This document shows, piece after piece, positions 48,985-59,183 of a stretch of 64,000 bases of DNA; within the stretch, counting starts at the first letter, position 1; every line of letters starts with the position of its first letter. Source of the DNA: Azolla caroliniana (Eukaryota > Plantae > Polypodiophyta); the NCBI GenBank assembly GCA_043228905.1, contig JBHGNT010000008.1, positions 9,300,001 to 9,364,000 on the forward strand, read 5' to 3'. The notes below the pieces were generated by a model, which saw only the letters and a program-made list of their open reading frames with translations, ran no database searches and was not told where the DNA came from. Position numbers and translations under genes: made by a program.

Positions 48985-51900
48985 TGTTGGGATTACGGTC
49001 CCTCCGGATGGGATGGTCAGATGTCCGGGAATCGGGAATGAAGACCCGAATGAGGAGTACCCGGTATCGGAACCGGATGATGAAGACCCGGTTTCGGATC
49101 CGGATGATGAAGACCCCGGCTACGGAGCCGGATGACGAATGTACCCGGAGAGAGATCCGGATGCGGGGACATATTTGTGAATATGTTTGCCAAGGGCCCT
49201 CTAGGCTATATTTGTAAATAGCCCGAAAGTCATATGTGTATAAATATGACTTAGGGCAAACAGTTTTGTAGTTGTTGCTCATTTTTCTGTTTTCCACTTA
49301 GAGGGAGCGAAGTGAGAGCAGCCGAGAGAGAGAGAGTGAGAGAGAGAGAAAGGAAGAGGTCGACGCCTCTGTGTAATACCGCCGCCTGTGGCGAGGACAG
49401 CGAGCTCAAGGTCGTCGCCTTGCAGCTCGCCATTGTACATTCCCTGCGTATAGTGATAGTTGGAGTCTTGCACTCCCGTGGTTTTTCCCGTCTAGGGTTT
49501 TCCACGCTAAACCCTGTGCATTCGAGTCTCTCTCTGTGTTTTCGATTTACTGCTGCATTGACTCGTGTGTCCTCGGTTGTGGCCGAGAGGTGAAGGTTTT
49601 GAAAGCGTCAATTTCTAACAATCTGGTATCAGAGCGACTGCAGTGCAGAAAATGGAAGGCGGCAGTAGCGGGCAGCCGGGGATGATGGTGCTGAATGCGC
49701 AGAACTACGCCGACTGGAAGATAAAGATGGAGGATCTGCTCATTGTTCGGGACCTGTATGAACCGATCGACAAGTCGGAAATACCCAAGGGGGTACTTGA
49801 GACGGAATGGAGGCTTCTAAACCGGAAAGCCGTTGCAACCATTCGGCAATACGTCGACGTGAGCGTTCTACAACATGTGGCGAACGACACCAACGCATAT
49901 GAGATGTGGCAGAAGCTGTCGGGCCTCTACGAGAGGAAGAATGCGTTGAACCGGACCTCCTTGATGAGGAAGATAGTGAACCTCAAGTACCGGGACGGCG
50001 AGAGTATGGTGGAACACGTAAGCACGTTCATGGGATTCGTGAACCAGCTTGCGGCGATCAAGTTCCCGTTGGAGGATGCAATGCAAGCCATCATGCTGAT
50101 GTGTACATTGCCGGAAAGCTGGGAGAACTTGGTGGTGACTCTCAGCACCTCCTGCACCGAAGATAACTTGTCCCTACAAACGGTAAAGACAAGCATTTTG
50201 AACGAAGAAACGCGTCGGAGAGATAAAGAACCGGCCTCCGATCCGAAGATGCTGCTTACCGAATCGGATCGGGGAAGACAACGGAACCGGAGTCCGCAAA
50301 GACGGGAGAAGTCGGGGACCCGGTCGCAGTCAAGAGGAAGGCCCACATGCTTCCACTGTGGGAAGCCGGGGCACTTCCGAAAGAATTGTCGGCATTACCG
50401 AAAAGACAACGGAGCCGACGACACCAATTCGAAGAAGTCTTCGGAACGGAACGGTGCTTACCGGGGAGCCACGGACCGGAATGGTTCGGATCGGCGAGGG
50501 CAGGACCGGAAAGGAACGACGGCACTCGCGGCAAGTGAAGAGGAGATCATGCTCATCACCGAAGAAGGTGAACTAAACATTGCCGGCGATGAGACTACCT
50601 GGGTGGTCGATTCCGGAGCGTCGTTCCACCTGACCCCGGAAAGAAGATACTTCTCATCCTACACAGCCGGTGAGCATGGCTGTGTTCGGATGGGAAATGA
50701 AGGTACGTGCCGGATTGCCGGCATAGGAGACGTGTGGTTGACAACCTCGACCGGATGCAAAATGTTGCTGAAGGATGTCCGACACGTTCCGGAGGTTCGA
50801 TTGAACCTGATTTCGGCCGGGAGGCTAGACGATGAAGGCTACACAGGTAGCATCCGGAACTGCGTAATGAAGTTCAGCAAGGGGAGCCTGATAGTGGCTC
50901 GGGCCCGGAAAGTCAACACACTGTACCTTATGAATGCCTGGTTGTGTCCGGAGGAGTTGAACGTGGCAGCCGACACTGCCGGTGAGCTGTGGCACAAGAG
51001 ACTGTGCCACATGAGTGAGAAGGGGATGAAGAGGCTTGCAGAAGACAACCTTATTCCAGTGAAGCATGTGCACTTGGAGAAGTGCACCGATTGCCTGGCC
51101 GGTAAGCAGAACCGAACCTCCTTCCACTCAAGGCCACCGACGAGACGTAGCGCACCATTGGAGTTGGTGCACACTGACGTGTGTCAAGTAGAAACGAAGT
51201 CACATGGCGGAGCCCAGTACTTCGTGACATTCATTGATGACCACAGCCGGAAGCTGTGGACGGCACCGTTGAAGACAAAGGACCAAGTGTTGTGCGTCTT
51301 CAAAGAACTCCACGCGAGAGTGGAAAGGGAATCCGGCAAGAAGCTGAAAGCGATACGAGCAGATAACGGAGGGGAATACCGGGGGCAGTTCAAGGAGTAC
51401 TGTCGCTTGAAGGGAATCCGGCTCGAGTTTACTGTGCCGAAGACGCCGGAACTGAACGGGCTGGCCGAGAGGATGAACCGGACCATAATGGAGAGGGTCC
51501 GGAGTATGCTGGCGCATGCGAAATTACCCAAGGGGTTTTGGGCTGAGGCAATGTCGACGGCGACATACGTGATAAACAGATCACCCTCAGTACCTTTGGA
51601 CGGAGACACGCCGCAGAGAGTGTGGACCGGTAGGGAAGTATCCTACCGGCATCTGAAGGTGTTCGGGTGTCTCGCATATGTGCATGTGGCAAAGGACCGG
51701 AGAGGAAAGCTAGATCCAAAGACCCGGCCATGCATATTCCTCGGTTACGGCGATGACGAGTTTGGCTACCGAGTATGGGACCCGGTCGACAAAAAGATAT
51801 TCCGGAGTCGTGATATCATCTTCATGGAGGACAAGACACTCGCCGACTGGGAGTCGGAGAAGAAGATGAAGAGCTCCAAGTCGACCGGTGAGGATCAACT

Positions 51901-54398
51901 CTACGAGGAGCAGTCCCGACTGGCAAGGGACCGGTTAGCACTCGAGGATCCGGCCGAAGACGGTGAAGAAACAGAACCGGCCGAGGAAGATGAAACTGAT
52001 ACCGGAACCGGCCCCGATCCCGAAATGGATTCGGATGAAGAGGAAACGGAGGAGCCGGTTACCGAAGCTCCGGAACGGAGATATCCTCTAAGAGAGAGAA
52101 GGGCCCCCCGGAGATTTCCGGAACCAGAGCACGTGCTGCTAACCGACGAGGGGGAGCCGGAGAGTTTTGAAGAAGCAAAGCTTGACACCCATAGCCGCAG
52201 GTGGTTAAGTGCCATGCAGGAGGAGATGGATTCCCTGCATGAGAACCACACATATGAACTTGTGGAGTTGCCGAAAGGAAAGCGGGCACTTCGAAACAAG
52301 TGGGTGTTCAAGCTGAAACCGGGAGATGCCGGAAACCCCCCGAGATACAAAGCCAGGATCGTGGTGAAGGGGTTCCAGCAGAAGAAGGGCGTCGACTTCG
52401 ACGAGATATTTGCCCCGGTAGTGAAGATGACCTCCATCCGGACGGTGCTGAGCATAGCGGCAAGCATGGACCTCGAGGTAGAACAGATGGACGTGAAGAC
52501 GACATTCCTTCACGGTGACCTCGAAGAAGAGATCTACATGCAGCAACCGGAAGGATTCGAGAAGAAAGGGAAGGAGCACCTGGTATGCCGGTTGAAGAAG
52601 AGCCTTTACGGACTGAAGCAGGCTCCCCGGCAATGGTACCGGAAGTTCGACTCTTTCATGACCGACGAAGGGTACCACAAAACGCAGTCCGATCACTGCG
52701 TGTTTGTGAAGAAGTTCGAAGGAGGAGACTTTCTAATACTCCTCCTGTACGTGGACGACATGTTGATCGTCGGACGGGACCAGGTCAAGATACGGATGCT
52801 GAAGAAAGCGCTTCACCGAACCTTCTCAATGAAGGACCTGGGTCCGGCGAGGCAAATACTAGGGATGCACATCATCCGGGACCGGAAGAAGAAGCAGTTG
52901 TGGCTGTCACAGGAGAAGTACGTGACAAAGGTGCTTCACCGGTTCAACATGTCGGAAGCGAGACCGGTCGGGTCAACCCTCTCGGCAAACTGCAAGTTGT
53001 CCAACAAGCAAAGCCCCAAGACAAAGGCTGAGAAGGAGGACATGATGAAAGTACCATATGCCTCTGCCGTCGGAAGCTTGATGTACGCAATGGTGTGTAC
53101 AAGACCGGACATAGGATATGCAGTCGGAGTGGTGAGCCGGTACATGAGCAATCCCGGCAAAGAGCACTGGAACGCGGCCAAGTGGATACTCCGATACCTG
53201 AAGGGCACGACAAACGTGTGCCTCCGATTCGGCTCCGGTAAGCCCGAACTCGACGGCTTTACCGATTCGGATATGTCGGCTGATGCAGATACCAGCCGGT
53301 CCACATCAGGGTATGTGATGACGTATGCAGGGGGAGCTGTTTCGTGGCAGTCGAGGCTGCAGAAGACGGTTGCGTTGTCAACCACGGAGGCGGAGTACAT
53401 GGCGGCTGTTGAAGCCGGCAAGGAAATAATATGGATGAAGGACTTCATTAGAGAGCTTGGTATCCGGCAGGAGGAGTACCGACTCTACTGCGACAGTCAG
53501 AGTGCCATCCACCTTGTGAAGAATGCGGCCTATCACTCCCGGACGAAGCACATCCAGGGAAGATATCACTGGATCCGGGAAAGGATAGAAGACCAGGAGT
53601 TCGTGCTGACGAAGATCCACACGGACGAGAACGGGTCAGATATGCTGACCAAAGTGCTCACACCCGACAAGCTGGAAGCGTGCCGGAAGAGGGTCGGACT
53701 GGAAAGACATCCCATGCCGAAGTGAAAGGGGAGTTTGTTGGGATTACGGTCCCTCCGGATGGGATGGTCAGATGTCCGGGAATCGGGAATGAAGACCCGA
53801 ATGAGGAGTACCCGGTATCGGAACCGGATGATGAAGACCCCGTTTCGGATCCGGATGATGAAGACCCGGTTTCGGATCCGGATGATGAAGACCCCGACTA
53901 CGGAGCCGGATGACGAATGTACCCGGAGAGAGATCCGGATGCGGGGACATATTTGTGAATATGTTTGCCAAGGGCCCTCTAGGCTATATTTGTAAATAGC
54001 CCGAAAGTCATATGTGTATAAATATGACTTAGGGCAAACAGTTTTGTAGTTGTTGCTCATTTTTCTGTTTTCCACTTAGAGGGAGCGAAGTGAGAGCAGC
54101 CGAGAGAGAGAGAGTGAGAGAGAGAGAAAGGAAGAGGTCGACGCCTCTGTGTAATACCGCCGCCTGTGGCAAGGACAGCGAGCTCAAGGTCGTCGCCTTG
54201 CAGCTCGCCATTGTACATTCCCTGCGTATAGTGATAGTTGGAGTCTTGCACTCCCGTGGTTTTTCCCGTCTAGGGTTTTCCACGCTAAACCCTGTGCATT
54301 CGAGTCTCTCTCTGTGTTTTCGATTTACTGCTGCATTGACTCGTGTGTCCTCGGTTGTGGCCGAGAGGTGAAGGTTTTGAAAGCGTCAATTTCTAACA
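48985..54398 (+). mobile_element. Intact, very recent Ty1/copia retrotransposon (Tnt1/Tork-like)
   Basis: LTRs 48985-49620 and 53736-54398 (TG...CA), PBS TGGTATCAGAGC 49624-49635, PPT GAAAGGGGAG 53724-53733, TSD GGATA on both sides. Confidence 0.98.
49652..53725 (+). CDS. Copia Gag-Pol polyprotein (1357 aa from first ATG)
   Basis: Single open frame with CFHCGKPGHFRKNC zinc knuckle, WVVDSGAS protease, HTDVC / RADNGGEY / GLAERMNR integrase, LYVDDML RT and RNase H. Confidence 0.97.
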   Translation: MEGGSSGQPGMMVLNAQNYADWKIKMEDLLIVRDLYEPIDKSEIPKGVLETEWRLLNRKAVATIRQYVDVSVLQHVANDTNAYEMWQKLSGLYERKNALNRTSLMRKIVNLKYRDGESMVEHVSTFMGFVNQLAAIKFPLEDAMQAIMLMCTLPESWENLVVTLSTSCTEDNLSLQTVKTSILNEETRRRDKEPASDPKMLLTESDRGRQRNRSPQRREKSGTRSQSRGRPTCFHCGKPGHFRKNCRHYRKDNGADDTNSKKSSERNGAYRGATDRNGSDRRGQDRKGTTALAASEEEIMLITEEGELNIAGDETTWVVDSGASFHLTPERRYFSSYTAGEHGCVRMGNEGTCRIAGIGDVWLTTSTGCKMLLKDVRHVPEVRLNLISAGRLDDEGYTGSIRNCVMKFSKGSLIVARARKVNTLYLMNAWLCPEELNVAADTAGELWHKRLCHMSEKGMKRLAEDNLIPVKHVHLEKCTDCLAGKQNRTSFHSRPPTRRSAPLELVHTDVCQVETKSHGGAQYFVTFIDDHSRKLWTAPLKTKDQVLCVFKELHARVERESGKKLKAIRADNGGEYRGQFKEYCRLKGIRLEFTVPKTPELNGLAERMNRTIMERVRSMLAHAKLPKGFWAEAMSTATYVINRSPSVPLDGDTPQRVWTGREVSYRHLKVFGCLAYVHVAKDRRGKLDPKTRPCIFLGYGDDEFGYRVWDPVDKKIFRSRDIIFMEDKTLADWESEKKMKSSKSTGEDQLYEEQSRLARDRLALEDPAEDGEETEPAEEDETDTGTGPDPEMDSDEEETEEPVTEAPERRYPLRERRAPRRFPEPEHVLLTDEGEPESFEEAKLDTHSRRWLSAMQEEMDSLHENHTYELVELPKGKRALRNKWVFKLKPGDAGNPPRYKARIVVKGFQQKKGVDFDEIFAPVVKMTSIRTVLSIAASMDLEVEQMDVKTTFLHGDLEEEIYMQQPEGFEKKGKEHLVCRLKKSLYGLKQAPRQWYRKFDSFMTDEGYHKTQSDHCVFVKKFEGGDFLILLLYVDDMLIVGRDQVKIRMLKKALHRTFSMKDLGPARQILGMHIIRDRKKKQLWLSQEKYVTKVLHRFNMSEARPVGSTLSANCKLSNKQSPKTKAEKEDMMKVPYASAVGSLMYAMVCTRPDIGYAVGVVSRYMSNPGKEHWNAAKWILRYLKGTTNVCLRFGSGKPELDGFTDSDMSADADTSRSTSGYVMTYAGGAVSWQSRLQKTVALSTTEAEYMAAVEAGKEIIWMKDFIRELGIRQEEYRLYCDSQSAIHLVKNAAYHSRTKHIQGRYHWIRERIEDQEFVLTKIHTDENGSDMLTKVLTPDKLEACRKRVGLERHPMPK

Positions 54399-55131
54399 GG
54401 ATAGGGGATGATAGATCTCATTCCTAAAAGTGATGGGAATGCCAACGACATTAGCAAGTGGCGGCCCATAACTCTTCTCAATATTGTCTATAAGTTGCTC
54501 GCAAAAATTGTGGCACGCCATTTAACACCACTTCTCCCTCAACTCATTCATCTGTCCCAGACAGGTTTCGTTAGAAATTGGAGCATCCTAGACAACCTCT
54601 TCTCATTCTGGGAAGCAATAGCCCTTGCCAAGCGTACCAACAACAAGGTAGTGGTGGTGCTACTAGATTTTGAGAAAGCATATGACAGGGTATGCTGGAA
54701 CTTTCTAGAAAGTGTGATGGGGAAACTCGGCTTTCAAGAGATATGGATCAAAGGCATTGCAAGACTTTATAGGAATGGCAATAGTTGCATTTCATTGGCA
54801 AGTGAAAGGGGCCCATTTTTCCGAATATCCCAATCTGTACGACAAGGATGCCCACTAGCCCCATCGTTATTTCTATTATACGCCGAAGCACTCTCTTGCT
54901 TTCTCAACTCGCGGGATCTCAACCTACGTGGTCTTCCCGTACCTCATTCTCACCAAAGCATCATGGATATAAAATTTGCAGATGACACAACGGTCTACCA
55001 TGCAGGACAATCTCCAAGTAAAGTATACATCAGATTCAACGACTAGTCCGCAACTACATTTGGTCTGGTAAGGAAGACCATGTAGCTTGTGCCAAGGTGG
55101 CGTGGCCTATACTCATAGCGCCTAAGTCAAG

Positions 55132-56236
55132 TGTTGTTCGCCGGAATAGTAACCGACAAACAGGAGCGTAGAAATATAGAATATAGTAAAATTGTAACGC
55201 ATGTAAACGGTTCACGCGGGATGCATGAACGGCTAAAAAGACCCTATGTATATAACGGGCAAAAATTTAATAGAGTTCAATCTTCTCTTATCCCTGTTCG
55301 TATCTGTGGTTAATCTACTATGTGTCTGTGATTCTTGGTGGTGTAGCGTAGTCGTAAGAGCGTAGGCGTGAGTAACAATGTGGTTGCTAGTCCACTGTCT
55401 AAGGAGTTCGGTTGTAGCCGTCTCCCTTATACGCTACGACGATACCATTCGTTGCAACACAGTCACTTTGAGGTCTAGGTCGAAGGACTGACCGTAGACC
55501 GTGTTCCTAATCGGTAACACTTTTGGCACGCTTGGTGATCTATGTCTCCTCACAGACCAACAACGAGGAATGGATGTTTAGCCGCAGATGACCCAAAGAA
55601 CCAACACAACAAGATTGACCAATCACACGGTCCATCACACGCTAGGCAAAGGAGCGTGCACGACAGAAACCCCGCCTCAGCGACCTTAGTGATACCTATC
55701 GGGACCACAAAGACGATTTCTCGCTCCCCAAATACCTCGGCGTCACGTAGGAAGCGCGCTCACGACATAAGCACTGTGGTCTTTCCCTGCCCGCCGTAGC
55801 ATCCAACATGGCCTTTTCTTATCCCCGCTTCAATGGCAAAACCGATGCCGCAACCCACATTCGACTGTTCCTAAATGTTTGGAATGCAAACCACATGGCA
55901 CAGAGCCTTTCTGAAGGAGTAGCGCACCAATCCAAAATGACAGAGTTCGGATTAACCTTGGATGGGAGAGCGGTGTTTTGGCATTCGCAGATGGATCTGC
56001 CAGCAATCACGACCTTGGACCAGCTGCAGTTAGCCTTTTTGCGTTTCTTTCATCGGAGGGTGCCGCAACGCGAAATCCTCGGGCAATTTTACACAATTAA
56101 ATAGTTGCCGGCCGAGACGGTAGTAGATTTCAGTTTATGCTTCCAAAATCTACGACGGAAATTAGAACGGGGCCCGACGGAGGACAAGGCTCGGGAGACA
56201 TTTCTGGCAACATTACGATGACCGATATGGACAACA
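55132..56236 (+). mobile_element. One-LTR gypsy derivative (LTR 55132-55519, PBS, partial gag) with TSD
   Basis: LTR TGTTGT...GGTAACA, PBS TGGCACGC at 55524, gag MAFSYPRFNGKTDAATHI from 55808, TSD TCAAG (55127-55131, 56237-56241). Confidence 0.88.
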
Positions 56237-58027
56237 TCAAGACGGGGATTGAGTCTTATTGATCCCCTTTCACAATCGAAAGCCTTACTTGCCAAATTTG
56301 TGGTGCGACAACTCCAACCAGGAAATGACTGTTGGAAAATGCTATTGAGGTTACGTTTTGCTTACTTTAGGCCACGAAAAGGGGTCAATTGGGCCCCCCA
56401 AACAAGATGGATTCTAAACATGGATCTCAAACCTAGTTTCTCCTGCCAATTGGAGGATAGATTAAGTGCATCCATGTGGAAGGCATGGTGTGACATTAGT
56501 CGAGGGCTCAAGTGTGATCAATTGAGATCTAAACCTGCCTGGATCAGTCAACGTATGCTATGGAACCCATGTATCAAGGATCAATCTAATCAACTACTGA
56601 GATCACGTAAGGGGTTTTCGTGGGGATACATTGCAGAAGGTCCAAGAAAGAGTATAGAATGTTGGCGACAGTTTATGTCACTGCCACTACAAGATCATGT
56701 GAACATACTCCATGGAATCAGGGGCGGATGGACTATGAGATCAGAAATCATTAACGCTCTATTGATTAGGGAATCTGCTACTCAAAGGACGACAATGGAG
56801 AAATGGATAGGCCACGAGGATGAGGGATCTCTGATCCCTAGAGGTAGGGGACCACCAAATAGGCTCGAAGGCTCTAAATTGTGAGACATTGAGACACCAA
56901 CATAGAATAACGCAATTCGAGTACTCACGTATACTGGTTATAAATGGATTGTAGATCTTGATTCGATCTTGGCACATATGTACTCATGAAAACACATGGC
57001 TACGTAAGGTCAGTTGGGACCCTTTGCAATGGAGATGGCGTGATCTCTACGCGGGTCAAGGAAGCAAACCCATCCCTTTCTTCCATTTCACAACTAGATT
57101 GGGTCACCACATTCTAGCTACTCAAACTGCCCGAGAGCCGGCTGTTGCAAAGGTCTGCACACATTTCAAGTTCCTCCCACAATAATCACCAAGTTTTGGC
57201 AGAAAATCTGGAAAGAACACGCGAGGCGAATTACCACGTTCCAATGGCTATTAATACATAAGTCCCTACCAGTGGGAACATGGCAATGTGGGAACCTTAG
57301 CTCTCCTAATTGTGTAGAGTGCCCACATGCAGTAGAATCAATACGACACGCTTTGTGGGACGGCCCAATGTCCCATTGAATATGATGGGGGGCTGGCCGC
57401 TTATTGCAATTATGCCAGGTGCAAGGCTCAATCAAGTGGGGAAATATATGTTGGCTATCATGGCAGACCGCAATTGGCATATACAAGCATCAGGAGGAGG
57501 GGGTGACTTTGGTGATAAAAGCACAAGAGGTCTTTTTCTCCTCCAGCGACAATGTCCACTTGTTACCGATTAGGAACACTTGTCTACACTTAGTCCTTCG
57601 AGGTAGACACCAAGGTGATTGCGTTGCGCAGAATGGTAATCGCAAGTCGTAAGAGGATATCCCAACGTATCCTACAACGTAATGGGAGGAGATGGCTACA
57701 ACCAATTCCTTAGTGCGCACACTGCGTGTGTCATTACACTTAGCCATGATGCTTACGAGTTGAGCAGACAACAGTAATTGAAAACTAAACAGACACCAAG
57801 ACTCAGAGAAGATAGTGTTATATTCCAATCAAAAACCTTCCACTGTTCTAATTACACGCCACCTCTATCAGGGTCTTTTAGTCGTTCACGCTTCCCGCGT
57901 GAACCGTTACATGCATTACAATATTATTCTATTCATACTACTGCGCTCTTGTCCGTAGGTTACTATTCCGGTGGACAACACCTGGCACGCCTGTGGAACA
58001 GTGCCATGGCACGTCGGACCCATCCCT

Positions 58028-58807
58028 TTAATCTTCTTCCAAAATGGCCTTGATGTTTGGTTCTGCTACGGTGTCTGCGTCCGGGGGCGGCGTGGGGCTC
58101 GTAGGCGCGTCGTTGTGTGGTTCCCCTGTTTGGTTGGGAGGGCTTCTCATGGTACCGCGGTCGTCCTGTGTGGGCGGTCTGGGTTCTGTGGGCTCTTCTT
58201 GGGCTAGGGGGCTTGGTTCAGCCATCCGCGGGCTAGTGGTAGGTCACGACTCTGTTTCGTCCGTCACATCTTCCGTGATGTCGGCCGCCATTGTATGCTC
58301 TGGGGAGTGGGGTTGCGGTTCCTCTTGGTCCGGAACGTTCTCCGTGCGGTTGGCCGTACGCATATGGTCCCGTGGATGGGGTTCCTCTTGGGCGGTGGTT
58401 TCGTTGTCTGGTATTGCGAGGGACTCCGCTCGCCGTTCCGCGCAATTCACCGTAGTGGTAATTTCTGGTGACATGGCCAGAGGTTCCTCTTGTTCGGCAA
58501 TATCCGGAATTGGTGTCACGATGGACTCCTCGTCTGTTTGTGTGCTGTCGGCTTGCGTGATCTGGTTAAACAGGTCCTCCTGACTTTCGCCAAAATCATC
58601 TAGTAGCTGCGCCAGTTCCTCAGAATGTTGGTCCGTTAGCGTGCGATAGTCCTGCGCTAGGTCCTCGCGTACTGCCGCAATGCTTTCCTCATTGAGTTTA
58701 TAGAACTCGTGGCCGTCTTTCCTCCGGTTCTCCCAGTCTGCTCGATACGCTGTTACCCGTTCCTTTGGGTGAACACCTTCAATGGATCTACGGCTATCGG
58801 TATTCAA
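58028..58807 (-). pseudogene. Second gypsy extra ORF (acidic, low complexity)
   Basis: ORFs 58244-58807 and 58028-58225 lie in one frame separated by a stop and end 47 bp before the LTR. Confidence 0.55.
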
Positions 58808-59183
58808 GGGCGTGGTACGTGAAGGCTCGTAACAGAGGCGTCGAGGGAGAGACAGTGCTCAGAGAGAAAACACTAACGAGATCTGGACAGGCGTGGGCGG
58901 CGCTCAAATCATAGGTATGAATCAAAGCAGAGACTCATGGACCAAAATGGGCACAAATCCGATATATTACTATGACAGAAAAGATTACAGAACACGGCCT
59001 ATGGCCGGTGACCTTACAAGCTAATTTAGTTACGAGGGACTAAGCTAGTGCTTCTGCCTATATTTTTCTTCTCTCCCTCTCTCTGAGGTACTGGTCCTCG
59101 TTTAAATAACTTTTCCCCTAATACACAGCCGAGCCGTCGGTGGGCCGTGATACTCGGACTCGGCGTTTGCTAATTTCCTAATT

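Larger units (their letters stand above)
48550..57560 (+). mobile_element. L1-like LINE ORF2 pseudogene split by a copia and a gypsy insertion and cut at 57560 by another gypsy
   Basis: SCPGIDGL...LW (48785-48984) continues as LIPKS...WRPITLLN...LDFEKAYDRV...VRQGCPLAP...FADD (54404-55010), then KVAW...PKS | RRGLSL across 55132-56236, then a Cys/His region. Internal deletion near 55010-55040. Confidence 0.9.

Noticed and set aside
49705-54371. Many overlapping or antisense ORFs in the copia body and LTRs
   Set aside because: Shadow ORFs of GC-rich coding sequence and LTR repeats; no domains.
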